Shown here piece after piece: positions 23,301 to 37,430 of a DNA stretch of 64,000 bases. Position numbers and translations under genes: made by a program. The first letter of the stretch is position 1; each line of letters opens with the position of its first letter. The notes under the pieces are model-generated. The model saw only the letters and a list, made by a program, of their open reading frames with translations. It was not told the DNA's origin and searched no databases. This stretch comes from Amphiscolops sp. MND2022 (taxonomy: Eukaryota), in assembly GCA_964187785.1 (NCBI GenBank), contig OZ076412.1, positions 65,906,001-65,970,000 of the forward strand, written 5' to 3'.

Positions 23301-24570
23301 CAGTCAACTCAGAACGAAAGCAGTAAAGTATTTCATTTTTCTCCAGAATTCTTCATAATGACCCACTTTGTAGAAGCTGGCTTAGTAGAAAGCAAAAACG
23401 GCACACTGAAAATCACGGAAAAAGGCCATATTAATCCAAAAACCACTAGCGTCACGTAAAATTTTCTGGTCCGATCACCCGAATTACGCCAAATCACTGG
23501 GACAAAAACACTGAAGAACATGAACCATCTTGATGTCTGACTTGAAATGAAAATCTACACCACAGACTGACTTTCAATGCAAACAAAAGCAATAATCAAT
23601 TTTCGCTGATTCTTCTGAAAAACGATTGGACCATGTGTCCAATTCCCCTCAACACGAAAGCACATTTTGTTCTTGAATAAAAATATTTCTGTAATTAGAG
23701 AATATTATATGAATATAAATACTTAGAGGATTGTCTCTACAACTGTTTGTACACTTCAGGCAAAAATTACCCTAATGTCCAAAATAGCAAAAATTCACGC
23801 ATGGAACAAGATAAAATAGTATAAAAAGGCCCCTATTTCACCGCAAATTTTTTCCGTGATAAAATCTAATGAGCAACTTTCAACTGACAGTCAATGTAAT
23901 GGATAGTATTAGGTCGAGATCAATTATTTTATTGGACCAAAATTTCAACGCAAGCGATGTCGACATATTGGTATTTGAACCTTGTATCTTTTCCCCCTCT
24001 GTCGCTGCTTGGGGGGGGGGGGGGTGGATTGTTATTGAACACATGGTCCAAACGATTTTTCTTAGGGGCGATTGTTTTAAAATAATTTCACACTAAATAT
24101 GGAAATCACAGAAACTAACTCTTCTTCTAACGCTGTGATGTCTGGCTCTCATTCCACAGCAGGTTTTCTTTAACAATGATTTTCGTTTATCGACTTTAAT
24201 TAGCTAGTTGAGAAAAAATGAACGGCATCAACAAGTAGTCAATTCGAATTGACACTTTGATTTCTAACAGTATGTCGTTTACATAAAAGACGTAACATAA
24301 TAACATAACAAATTTTTCGCAATAAATAAAACAAATTGTCAACAACAAACAAAATTAATGAATTCGGCCAATTCGGAATCAACGCTATCGGTGAGATCAA
24401 TTTCCTCATCGCATACAAGAACATATAATTATCAATAAAACATGAAACCCTTTTACGATTTACCTTGAGGCATTGTGATACTGCACAAGAGAAAGACCTA
24501 ATGATGCTCATAAAAGATAATAATGTTTGAGTATTTCATAATTGCTTGAGGATAAGTATATGTGAAGTTT

Positions 24571-27500
24571 CTACAGATAGAACAGTGTATCGGCCAGGCC
24601 GATATTTGGTTCTGTATTTGCCAGATTGTCTCCAGCCAGAGCAGCCAGCTTGTGTGCATACTGGCACACGGAGGGCACTCGAATAGCTCCGGTCCAGTTA
24701 AAGTACATATGACATAGGTGGAACGCCAATTCCATCAGACGACCGTTGTCTTTGCGGAAGGGGGTCTCGTCGAACAGCACGTTGAAGTGAGTGGGTGTCA
24801 CAGTTCCCTGTCTGGACGAAACAGGCGACAGGAAGAAGTCGTACCTATTCGCCTTGGTCAGCGTGTCGTACACCACAGTACCTAGAAAAAGATGAGAATT
24901 GAGACATTGAACGTGAAATATGTGGAAATATATGAGTTGAATGTGAGTAACTGTAAAACTGATACGTGAAAGTGCACTACTATGTATGACGTTGTGAAAA
25001 TTTTACATGCGGCATCGGAAGCGAAATCATTTTAAGTGGAATTTAATCAATTTTGCACGTTTAAAGACATGTCTGTGGAATCTAAGGGGTTACACGCACA
25101 GAATTGTGTTTGTAGAAATTTAGCTTGTCTATGCACTGTAATGATGAACTAGTTTCCAAACCATAATGTTTTGAACATCTTTTGAAAAAAGTTCTTCGAG
25201 TTAGTCGAACATCTTTTGAAAAAAGCATATCTAGCTTATATTTCAGAAAAATCGATAAAACTTGCTGCATGTTAAGGACAAGTCACTCCGCTTCGCTTTT
25301 GCGTTAACCCTAAATGGACGATTGGGACTATTTCGTGCCAATGAGTTTGCGCAAACTTCTAAAGGCACTGGCTGAACGTATGGTAAAGAAAACTCTTGAA
25401 TATGATTTTCAGACGATATTACATATTGCACGCATCTTCAATAATTATTGATTTGATGTCTCTGAAATGGAGACCGAGACCTTATATGAGCAGACTCGTA
25501 GCCGATTTTGTGATCTGAAGATAGCAATACCAAATGACTAAACAAGTACCAACCAGGCATGGGATTTTGGAGACCGTCGCGGCCTCGCGAGAAGAAGCGC
25601 TGGGATATTCGCTTGGTCACGATGACGTAACAGAGCTTGGCAGGGCAGCCCATTTCCGACAACACCTGTCGGGTGGCCTCCACTTCAGTGTTTTGCACGC
25701 GCTGCAGTTGGCCCTCGCCCACTCCGTCCCGGAACATGACGATGTACTGTGGGAAGACCTTGTTGTATTGCTGGTACTTCGTGAGCGCCGAGGTGACTGC
25801 AGTTTTCAACACATGGACCTCCTCTTCATTGTTAGTGAATGCCCGAGAGTGGTATCGGGACAGAGTTTCATTCACAGAGCTGACGAAGCCCACTGCGGAC
25901 CTGCGGCGACTGTTCATACCAGCGTGGTACACATCCATGCCAAAAACTTGCAGTCCCGGGAGTTTGAAGTCGGTGATCCAGGGTTCGCCACCCAGCTTCG
26001 CATTGATCTGCATGACCAATTTGCTGACCACGCTCATGAGTCCTAAAGAGAAGAATCTCGATAATTAATAAGATTGTCAATTTCTGATCAATTCAAATTA
26101 TTTATCAATCATTCGGAACAAATCCGGGAATAACATTTCACCATTTTCCAAAGAGATATTCTAATTATTAAGGTCACAATTGATAATTTACATAAAACAC
26201 GGAGACAGATTAAAATTACGCCTCGTATTGGTCGAAACATGAAAAAAGAGGTATGGCATCTTTCATAAGAATCGAACTGTCTTTTCATCAGAGATAAAAC
26301 CGAAATTGAATTAACCTGCTGGCTTGGACAACGTCTTATTCAGGACACACTGACTCGGCACAGGGTTTTCGATGTAGCACACTTTCTTTATTGCGTTGTA
26401 GCTAAAACCAATTAACTCTCATTAGATGAAGTTATGTCCAATTTGACCAATGACTTAACCATCCGTTAAAAAACGGTTGAAAAGTTCAGATTATCAATCC
26501 ATCGGTTACACCTTTTCGGTAGAAATATACTTAAAGTCAAGGCGATAATACAGTGCTTATAAACAAGTTTTTTCAACTTATCACTGATAATCGGTAGCCA
26601 ATGTTACCTACAAAAGCTTTTGCATTATACTTTTGTACAAGATTTCATGATAAACAATGTTAAGTGAAAACACGATCAAAGTGTCACAATTCAGTATTGC
26701 TTATTTCTGTGATGAGTTTCGAAGGGAAAATTGCATAATACTTTCGTCACTAATTATTTGGTTGAACAAATCAATCCAATGATGAATCCGTTATTTAGGA
26801 CTGCGCTAATGTTGAAAACAGAGACAAGATTGAGATATCGGGTTTTTTCATTGAGGCTGAAACTACAATCGGAAAATTGGTACATTGCGATGAGTAATAA
26901 ACGAATCAAAATAAAAGTGGGCCGAATCGCTTCGATGTAACTTACCGATCGGCCCGGTTGTCCGGTAAGACGAAGACGCAGAGTTTCAAAGGCATTCCCC
27001 TGGTAACTGCGGCCGTCATCTCCCTCTTTATGGCAGCGGTCCATTCGTCGGACCGAGGAGAGTTGATGAGCACCGCTTGGCAGCTGGAGAACTCCACTCC
27101 GAAGCCTCGCCCCGCTTGAATCATCTTGTCGTTCAGGGTGCCAGCAATTTGTTCATTCTGTCGAACGTAGAACACGGCGTAACTGCTCACGGCGATTGGA
27201 CACCTGAACCTGCAGTTCTTCAGAACTTGACCAAAGTCAGCCGCATTTTTATTGTAATCCACAGGTTCACGGAATACAATGTTGGGTGCGTTCAATCTGC
27301 GTCCTAAAAAGTCCAGCTTGAATTGAAAAGATGACCGAAAGTGCTAATACTTTTCCCATTCAGCACATTTGTGTTCCATTTAGCATTCCAAACATTGTAG
27401 ATGGCACCCAATATTCTGTGTGGCTTGAAAATAGCTCTCCGTTTTTCTGTGTCTTAACCTATTTTCAACAGATCAATAGGAGCTTCAATTTCCGGTCGAA

Positions 27501-30186
27501 CTCATAACTGATGTTTCATTGAAAAAACTTGTATATGCGTTTTCAATGGTGGCCTACTGTGTTACTAGAGTGGGACAGTAACTTAGCAAACAGTTGCTCA
27601 GTTATTGAGAAAAGGCCAATTTTTTGAAATAAAATTTTTTGCAAATTTCTACTCTTTTCCAGTTACTTTGTTGCCGGTGGCTCGGAAAAAACTATATTGA
27701 CATAAATAACAATTCACCCCAGATAGTCCAATAGATCGTCGATAAGAAAGACAAATTTTCGTTTTTCTATGCTTTTTGCGTTTCGTAATTTTTCATTGAT
27801 TGCGAAAAAATTGCTGTCCTCATTTGAGGACGAAATCACTGTCGAGGTTATATCCGTCTCACAAGTTCAACACGTCGCATCATAACTCCTACATTTCACT
27901 GAATTTGAGAGCCAACAAGGATTTTGAGAATGCTAGTTTTTTTGATAATTGAAAAACCCGTTTTCCAAAATCGTGAGTTCAATTAAAGCTATTGTTAGTC
28001 TAACTTCAATGACAGGTATTCAATGAAAATCAAGTATTTGCAATAGAAAACTTGATACTTTTCCAAGTTTTCGAAGCTTGATTGGAAAGTTTTGTAGTCG
28101 AAACCAATTTTGTAACTGCGCATATACACACGAAATCCCAGGTTCGAGAATTTTATTTATTGCTGCTTAACTAAAGCGCTAATGAAATATTGTGGAACAA
28201 TTCAACACAGCCGCTAACAGGGTCAACTAACCATGGAATGCAACCAGCTCGGGGTTAAACCTCATTTTCCAGAATTGGAAGTTGGCTTTAATCTCTGGGT
28301 TACTGTTGAACCTGTTGGTCAGCTCACGCAGATTCTTTGCCCGCGTTTCTGGCGGGTGTTTGGTGAACTCTCCCATGGCTTTGGTGAAGCGGAAGTCGGC
28401 TCGTTGTTCGTCCGAGATTCCAGTGACGTGGCACAGTTCAGGAATGAGCAGGATAGGTTGTTCCATGCCTCGGCGACGGTCGCGTTCCTTGGGCTGTGAG
28501 ATGAGCAATGGCTGCTGGTTATCTCTGATCTCGATACCGTACATCTCCTGGTAGTACCTGAAAGAGAGGGCAATCAAGTAACGCACAAAAGGGTCAAAAC
28601 TGACCTATATGTTTCTCACCTTTTTAAAAGGACAGTAACTTCAAATTCAGTTTATTCATAACATTCAAGTTTTTAAAACTTATTACAGAGGTGCATTTTC
28701 AAATATTCGACATTAGAATAGGCACATATGGCGCAAAAGACGTCGCATGCACTTTTCGACGGATCCGTAAGTTACCTCGTCAATTCGTGGAGAATTTCGC
28801 ATCGAAAATGAAAAAAAAACCTCGGGAATCGAAAAAACTTACTCGAAAAATACTTCAAAAATTCGATCTTGGTCCATACTCTTGAGAAATCGTTGAAATG
28901 AATAGAAACGAATATTTTGTCACTTACGTCTTGAATGAGATCTTCTGACCCTTCTTTTCGAACTCGTCCAGAGGATTGCCACTGAAATTTATATCGTCAA
29001 CTCGATGACGCTTTTGATTGTACGGCGTGAAGACAATACGGCCGACAATTTTGTCTATTGCCGCTTTTTGAAAATGCTCGGGATTTCCTTGCGATTGTTG
29101 GTGAATCTCCAGCAATTCCTGGTAAACTGTTCGCTTGGCAGCCAACTTGAACTGGTTATCAGCAACTAACATAAGTCCACCTTCGTACACATTGACAGAA
29201 GTTGAGTACCCAGGCCACAACTCAAACCCGTTGTTCAAGTTTATTTTGGAATTTTCGTTCGTATCAAACATATGACGGCCAAACTGGATGTAATTCAACT
29301 TCTCCATGCCCTTCTTCATCAACACTCCTGCAATTCTCAGATTCTCGTTCGAATTGGCGTAGATATTAGCCCTGTGAGTACAGGTGACATGAATGGTTTC
29401 ACCTCTGGGGGTAGTGTGGTCGAATTCCACCTTGCCGTTTTCCTCGGAAATCAGATTACCAGTGAAGAGGGTAGTGCCGTCAAACAATACGTGTTTGCCT
29501 CCCAAATGCCGTTCGGCGTTATTCATGATAATAGCATGACGAATTTTTCGACCATCCAAATGAGGATTGAACTCACAATGGTATTGGAACCCCGTAGGCG
29601 TGCCCATGTCCGCCTGAGGATACAGAGAAATAGCGTTGGCCACCAACTCTACGTTTTGTCCGCGAATGCTCTGTACATTGATTCTGAAGTCGTCAAAATG
29701 ACCAGACGACAAATTCTCTTCCTCGTATCTGTTGCGTCTCTGTCTCGGCCCATCACCTCTTTCGTCAACGCGCATTGAGCCCAATCTATCAGATAAGCCA
29801 CTTGCGTCGCCGTTATTCCCATTTCTACCCGTTCCGGTACTGACTGCAGCAGCGCCTCTGTTTCTAGCGCTGACGTCAGCAGTTGCCCCGCCTTCAGGCT
29901 GTGGAACCATCCCACGACCACGGCCCCGACCTGCGCTGTTGTCAAACTGTCCGTTGGAGGCTCCATTTCCCACAGCAGGTGCCTGTTGTTCCACAGAGGG
30001 TTGAGCGACAGCAGCAGGTCCCGCAGACTGACCTCGACCTCTTCCGCGACCTCTGGCTGGTCCTGCTGATGGAGGTGCTGCTTGGACGGGGACAGGAGCA
30101 GGTGCTGCCACCGCTTGGGTAGGATCTTCGGGAGCTGGCACTGAAGCTCCTCTTCCGCGTCCTCTTCCTCTTGCTCGTCCTGTCAT
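24571..30186 (-). CDS. piwi: PIWI-clade Argonaute, 942 aa; exons 28928-30186, 28232-28557, 26946-27303, 26316-26401, 25554-26042, 24571-24881
   Basis: All junctions GT-AG and phase-consistent (2829 nt). N-terminal RG repeats, PAZ (YYQEMYGIEI...LLIPELC), MID YNAIKK...PSQCV, GMDVYH, RDGV, CQYAHKLA, C-terminal LFYL. Confidence 0.95.
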
Positions 30187-31012
30187 TGTCCAACAGAATG
30201 TTACTCAATCTACTTTTTGAAACAATTGATCTGAAAATAGGTCAACGGTCATCAAAAAACTTACAGGTAATAAAAGATAGGATGTTCTTTCATTCGATAT
30301 GAACTATTTACAAAAAAAAAGGTTAAGGCTGTATAAGCGATATTGCAACATTTTAAGCCAAATTTCCCCTCTGAACTACGCTACAAAATAGCAATAAATA
30401 AGTCCTCACAGCAATCAATAAACGACTTCGTTTGCTCTGATTAAAACCTGTTACACCGAAACAAGTCGGTAACGGCATAAGTCGACGCCCGGTTAAGGCT
30501 CAAAAAACGCAAAGTACTTCAAATAAGGGAATCTCATTGGGCTAGGAAAAGCTTCTTTCTAACTTCAGAAATGCTAAATGGTTATTTTAATGAAGTCTCA
30601 GAGGGCTTTGTGTTTGAAAGTCTTTTCCTTTCAATGAAGGAGTCAGAAACAGTTTGGTGAAATGAAGAATTTTTGAAAGGTCACACAGAACCGAAGATCA
30701 ACCCACATATTGCTTGAAACCCAAAAAGGTATCTTGAAACATGAAAGCGAGGACACAAAATGAATGGGAGAACCCTTGAATAACTTTCGCATTTGACACG
30801 TTTATTCTCACCTCGACCGAATTTTAAAAAAAAACAATAATTTTTAAAAAGCAGGGTTATCCAAGAAAAATGTCGAAATTGCCCTGAGACCCAAGAACGA
30901 AATACAAGTGCGTTAGTTCATAACTAGCATTCAGAGCCTAGTAAAAAATCAGAATTTCTTCACATGTTAAAAGAATCTAGATTAAGGGGAAAACAAGGGG
31001 AAAAGAAGTTGA

Positions 31013-34000
31013 TCACGTGTTTCCAGCGCTACCGTCCATTTCTTCAAGTTTTGATTGAATTTCAGTTGGAACAGTGAGATTTTGGAGATTATCACATTCG
31101 GGATCATCGTCTCCAATCAAAATTTGGATCACACTATGAATTTCATGAGTCAATTGTTCATTCCCGTTCTTTTCGATGGTGGCTTTGTCCAGTTCCCTGA
31201 GTATTAAATAAACGTTGAATTGTCGCAATGAGTTCCTTCCGTTCTGAGTAGCGCATAGTTTGTGCAGAGACTGAATTAAAGGTATTCGAATATCATTGGA
31301 TAACTCTCGCACTTTGTCACCGCCAAGGTACTGAAGGTCAATGGGCAACGTTTCATTTTCCTCTTCCGTGAATTCCTCTGGTCCAGCTAAAATTTAAACA
31401 TCAAATCATCATTCAATGAAATATTCAGTGCCTCATGTATATCAGGTATGAGGAAAAGGCTGATTAAATGCAAAATTTAATTTTTACAGTGCCTCACAAA
31501 TTGTAACAAACCGAAAACGGCAAACAATTGTGAAAATATCACTTTGCTAGAATATTTTTAAATTAATATTAAGCTTAATTTATCAACCAGGTTTACACTG
31601 TCTTATTCGAAATTAGTTTGTTGCCGATCGTCAAACCGAAAGTAAAACTAGCAGCAGAATATTGATCACACCTATTGTTACAAATTCGTGTGCAACTTTT
31701 CTGATAACATTTTTCAAGTTTTGAGTTGCAAATAACAATCAAGAGCGATTTATCAACTCAGTTTTTGAAAGAAAACATCAATTTTCCCGTTTACATGAAA
31801 ACAAACCCAAAATAGGTCAAAATCTCAAGGTCAAAATAATGGATTATCTAAAACAGGTTACTCCTCAGGAAACATTGCAGATAAAGTGGTATCGGTTAGT
31901 CCCATGATAATCACAAGGCTTCGAAAACAGGCTGCATTGGACGTCCCGCTTCCAAAACCAAGACGTCCTTTAATTTTGACGGACACTGACGAGAGGAAAA
32001 GGTTTAGACTGTCCAGGTTTAGACTGTCTTATTCGAAATTAGTTTGTTGCCGATCGTCAAACCGGAAGTAAAACTAGCAGCAGAATATTGATCACACCTA
32101 TTGTTACAAATTCGTGTGCAACTTTTCTGATAACATTTTTCAAGTTTTGAGTTGCAAATAACAATCAAGAGCGATTTATCAACTCAGTTTCTGAAAGAAA
32201 ACATCAATTGTCCCGTTTACATGAAAACAAACCCAAAATAGGTCAAAATCTAAAGGTCAAAATAATGGATTATCTAAAACAGGTTACTCCTCAGGAAACA
32301 TTGCAGATAAAGTGGTATCGGTTAGTCCCATGATAATCACAAGGCTTCGAAAACAGGCTGCATTGGACGTCCCGTTTCCAAAACCAAGACGTCCTTTAAT
32401 TTTGACGGACACTGACGAGAGGAAAATAGTGCGGGGTATTCACTCAGGAAAAAATATACAGCGACGAGCGCCGGGAAACAGTTAACTGAAACCATTCAAA
32501 AGATGATGTCATCCGCAGAGTTCTGCGCAAAGCTGGTTCAAAGTCAAAAAGAAAAAATCCTCCTCTCCTTGAAACACCGTAAGTTCAGATTGGATTTTGC
32601 TCGAAAATATGAAAGTTGGACGGTCGAAGAATTCAAAAGAGTAGTTTGGTCAGATGAGACAAAAATAGGCCGAATGGACTCTGATGATATGCAATGGACA
32701 TGGGGACGGCCGAAGACAGGCATACAGGATCATCGTGTCCAGGGCACTTGCAAGTATTGTGGAGGGAATCGCATGCTGTGGGGCTGCATGACTTGGCTTG
32801 GAGTTGGTCAGTCCTGTAAAATAGGTGGTAATGTTGCCAGTGCCCTATACTTTGAAATTCCGGAGGACAACTCATTGGGGACAATCGAGCATTACGGATT
32901 GGATCATTCCATTTTTTAACATGATAACGACACAAAACATAGTTCAGGATTGGCACGGGAATGGTTTGCGAGAAATCAAGTTCAACCAATGGAGTGGCCC
33001 CCGCATTCGCCGATTATAAATCCGTTCGACAACCTCTGGTATGCTCTCAAGCAAGCCCTTCAAGCATATTCGGAAGCTCTCAATAGCATTTTCGATCTTT
33101 CGGAAAGCTCACGATGAATGGTTGAATTTGTCCATTGAGACGTGTCAAAACTTATTTTCAAGTATGTCACAGAATTCAAGCAGTTCTCAGAGCAAAGGGT
33201 GGTTGCACGAAGTATTGAGATTCTCTGAAAATAACTCTTCTAGTTGGGTTACTTTTTATTGACTATTTGCCTAAATTAGTTTTTCTACTAACGAATTTGT
33301 AACAATACAATTTGTCATAAAAACTTGCTTTTCACGAATGAATGCCTCTTTTTTGCATATGAGCTCAAAATTGAGTATGCGGTTCTTCAGTTGTTACAAT
33401 AAGAATTTTGTTTTGCGAATCTATTGTTACAATTTCGTGAGGCACTGTTGTCACAAAAAATGAATAGAAGTAAAACAAAATCATAATTACACACAATTCA
33501 GTTCTGGAAATCTGGGATTTATATAAAAATCCGCAAGCTTGTGAAAATTCACTTGAAATCTTTTCCTTGGGAATTCAAAGTTACCACTTCGAGGGAATGA
33601 GACTTCGGTAACAAAAAACCCCATCATGTGCGTTGGAAAGAAACGAAATTGCAGAATTCACGCACCTAGAGGTAGCAATATGGAAGATACTACTGTGTCA
33701 TCCTTCAGAATCCAGTCGTGAAACTCAGTCTCAAAACAGCAATTTTTGATCATGTTCGCGATCCCCTGTCGGCATATTGCGCTCTCATGCCCAATAAAAG
33801 GTAAAAGTTTATCAAAAATCAGTCCATTGTTGGCAGTAAACAACTTCCTCACTTCGGATATTTGGCGTAAGTTTCCGAACAAATGACTCAAATGATGGTA
33901 AAAGCATTTATTCGATGTGAATAAAGTTACAAGTTTGTTCAAAAGATTATTCGTTTCAATGAACTTGAAAATATGCAATGCCCCAAGCTTCTCACGAGTG

Positions 34001-34356
34001 ATGTTTTCCAGGATAGAGCAAACGTGATGAACATTTGTTTCACTCTCGATGTCAAAGTTAGTCATGAATTTCTCGGTGAATTCGTGATTTTTATCAAGCG
34101 TGATAAATAACTGGACAGCTGATGGAACTTGTAAACAGTTAGTGACGGTTTTCAAAGCATTTTGTTTCACTTCGTGATCTTCATGGCCACAAAACTTGAG
34201 TAAGGCCCTATAGAGACCGTCATTGTTAAGAATGACGGATAAACCGTCTTGGGAACCTGACAGTCCGCAAAAGTATTCGCAGGTGTGTTTGATAATTCTG
34301 ACGTCATCGCTTTTCAGCAGGTCTATCAATTCTTCAAGTTCCGGCGATGTCGACAT
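31013..34356 (-). CDS. HGH1: HGH1 (FAM203) homolog, eEF2 chaperone, 354 aa; exons 33666-34356 and 31013-31386
   Basis: NCCFETEFHDWIL...LLPL|AGPEEF...LPIDLQYL...YLILREL...LIGDD motifs; GT-AG junction in phase 1; 1065 nt total. Confidence 0.9.
31487..33447 (+). mobile_element. Tc1-family DNA transposon relic in the HGH1 intron
   Basis: ~24-bp TIRs CAGTGCCTCAC(G)AAATTGTAACAA with TA on the left. Transposase fragments WSDETK, HDNDTKH and WPPHSPIINPFDNLW with stops and frameshifts. Internal 414-bp direct duplication. Confidence 0.9.
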
Positions 34357-34666
34357 ACAAATATCTGTAATTCATAACAAAAAATTTTACATTACAAAAG
34401 GTAAAAGCAGTTAGGGGTTCATGTGGTTAAAAATATGCTTAATAGATGATGGTTCAAATAAACTTTTGAATTTAATCAAATGAACACTTTGAATTTAATA
34501 AAACCAAAGGGAAAAGCTAATAAACACGGAAATTATTATTATTTACAACGAGCACAAAGTGAGTGGTTTTTGAGGATTATGCTGTATTAATTTGAAGGAG
34601 ATACATTTTTATAAATGCAAAGAGAAACTATTGTCAAAATTATATCACATTTACTGAGCTAAAAAA

Positions 34667-36930
34667 TACCCGAAGGGATACCATAAGACTCAAAAACCAG
34701 TTTTCGGTTTTTTCCTTTTGGAAATATCAGACAATTTTTTGAAAAATTATTTCTTCGGAAAAAGTCTCATATTGGCGAAAAAATCGTAGGTTTTTCACAG
34801 GTATTGAGAAAACTCTCATCAGTCCTACAACAAATATCCGAAGATGTCACCCTTTAAGGCTTGGAAAAAAATTTCCCTATCTTCCTCAAAAATATCTTCC
34901 CAAGTCGCATAATGCCAAAAAATTCCAAGAAGCCCTCTATGCTCGCAAAACGCTCTTTCTGCTAAAAATTGAAGAACAACTCAGTTGTTTCAAAAAATTT
35001 CAGAAAAGTCGCATAGTACCGAAAAAATTGAAGAGGGGACCCTTTGGTCTTTCCTCAACCTTTGCAATCAAAAATTTTAAAAAATTGAAAAGTCTCAAGG
35101 TAACGGAAGACGCAAACGAAGGGACCCTCTGGGCATTTTTATCATCCAGTTTGTTGCAGAAGATCTAAATAACCAAAGAGAGGACGCTTTGAAGACATCG
35201 AGAAATTTGGAAACAAAGTCTCGTAATGCCGAAAAACAAGACGAAAAAGTCTAAAGTCGGCGCTATATCTGAGGCTCAAAAAGCGCAAAACATTCAAACA
35301 AACATTTAAAAAATTTAGGGAAAAAGTCGCATAGTGCCGAAAAAATCGAAAGGGGGACTCTTTTAGTCCCGTCCGGTTTTGTAGGTTACCTGGAAAAAGT
35401 AAAAAATGAAAGGGGAGAACCTTTGGACTAAGTTTGCCTTGGCCGGACTTGGCCTTAGGTGGTTTCAGGATTGTTTCTAAAAAGTGGACCGATCAGTGTG
35501 AGAATTGTAGTCTGAAGAAAAGAAAGGTCACTGCTATAGTCGGGCATTTTTCCTTAAAAGGATGAAGCGCCGACTAAAAAGGTCACTGTTATCGTCGGGC
35601 ATTTTTCCTTAGAAGGAAAACGCGCCGACTAAAAAAAAAAGGTCAGTTATAGTCGGACATTTTTCCTTAAAAGGAAAACGCGCCGACTAAAAACAAGTGA
35701 AAACAAACGTTCTGAGTTGTCTGGTAACACCAAATGCTTGAAAAACTATGATAGCCAAAAGTGGTACCCTTTGCGAGCACCCGAGATTCTTTTCTTAGCA
35801 AGGAAGGAAGGTCTGAAGAAATTCTGTAAAAAAAGTGGACGTTTCAGTGTGAGGCCTGTGGTCTGGAGACAACAAAAGGTCACTGAAATAATCAGGTATT
35901 TATTGTTTCACAAAAACCGCCGACTAAAAAAATAGAATATCTTTAGATACGTAAATTGTAAACTGCTGTTGTTTTTACATGAAACTGCCAGTGTGTAATC
36001 GTGTTTCGTACTTTAAAGTTCACATTTTCATGGTTTGAGCACAGAGGCGAAGCTCGTGAAAAACTCGTGAAGAAAGTGGGGGTCTTTTGAAGAAAAACCA
36101 AATAAGCAATATCGTACGGAGAACCAAGGGTTAAGGAGTCGACCACTTTCCATACTACTTTCCAAAAAGACACAATTGTTAAAATTTCATCAATTTTACA
36201 GCGCAAACAATACCCGAAGGGATACGCTTAGGACTCGAAAACCACTTTTCCCCAACTGGAAACAGTGAAAAAACACATCTTTCTTAACTGAAAACCTTTA
36301 AAAATACGAAAAATTGAGGAAACAATTTTTTGAAACTTTCGAAAAAAATTTTTACGAAGGTCTCCAGTAAGTCGCAGTGCCGAAAACCCTAAGTAGTCAT
36401 TTATGCCCACAAAAAGTTTCGCTTCAAGTAAAAATTGAGGGGTCTACTTGGATGAAAACAAATTAGAAAAAAGTCGCATAGGAAAAACGCCGGTCTTTAA
36501 AAAAACAAAATGCGGATATAGCGTGCTGGGCCGAGAAAACCTAATTTTAAAACGAAAAATATTATTTTGAAAAATCTCACAATGCGGAAAACTGTGAAAG
36601 GGTGGACCCCTTGAAATTTTTCAACATCCATTCTTCGGAAAAATATCAAAAAATTGAAGGGGACGGGACCTTTTGGAGACTTTTCGGAAAAACGAAAAAT
36701 GAGAATTTTGAACTGACTTATAGCGCCGAAAAATCAGAAAGAGGGGACCCTTGTGAATTTTTAACATCCATTTTGTTGCAAAGTATCAAAAAATTGAAGG
36801 GGGACCCTTTTCGGGCATTTAAAAATTTTCGAAAAAGTTCACAAAGCCGAAAATGGGGGGAGGCGTCTCATAGTGCCGAAAAAAGTTGAAAGGTGGACCC
36901 TTCTGCTTTGGAGTGCTTGTAAAAAAATTA
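34667..36930. repeat. Cluster of modular dispersed repeats (GGGGACCCTTT / CGCATAGTGCCGAAAA modules)
   Basis: TACCCGAAGGGATAC at 34667 and 36211; the same modules recur at 45.7-46.4 kb and 48.0-49.1 kb. Confidence 0.8.
35235..35697. mobile_element. Non-autonomous Helentron/HINE-like element with triplicated hairpin end
   Basis: Ends AACAAG..AAAGTCGGCGCTATATC and GCGCCGACTAAAAACAAG; three ~57-bp hairpin units at 35523-35695. Superfamily assignment is inference. Confidence 0.5.
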
Positions 36931-37003
36931 GCACATACGCAACAGTTCGAACACCAAACCTCTGGGTTGAAAAACAAGCATCTTACCACTAGACCACGAA
37001 CGC
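36931..37003 (-). other. tRNA-Glu(TTC)-derived pseudogene or SINE head
   Basis: A-box TGGTCTAGTGG, B-box GTTCGAAC, TTC-centred loop; stems are mispaired, so not a functional tRNA. Confidence 0.55.
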
Positions 37004-37430
37004 CTGAATTGTGCGACTTGCCGGCTATCGAAATTGTTGAAATTAAAAATCAAATTCAAAGTAACAAGTAAAAGATTAAAGGTGATCATATTACGTATTA
37101 AATTGTTTCCTAGAAACTTCGAACTGCTTCAGAATTTTGTCTAGTCTCAAGTAAAATGTTATGATTGCGTTCTAGAACGACAATGGGAATAGGTTCAACA
37201 AGAGCACGATATCAAGATTTGAGGAACAAACTGGCGAATTCAAAAATTATTTGAAACTTTTCCATTTTATTCTTGAAAAAAAAACGTTTCGCTCTTCAAG
37301 ACATCCGCTAATTTGCACAACCTTTTCTCAACGAATTCCGAGAAAGCAAGGAGTATATAAGAGAATGAGGTTGCAAAATGTGAATTGATCAACAACCAAA
37401 TGTCATGAACAACGACGACCAGTGATCAAA

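Noticed and set aside
25534-30208. Plus-strand and alternate-frame ORFs over piwi exons
   Set aside because: Antisense shadows of the spliced piwi CDS
35523-35695. CRISPR-like appearance of hairpin repeats
   Set aside because: Eukaryotic context, no unique spacers, no cas genes; they are tandem element ends
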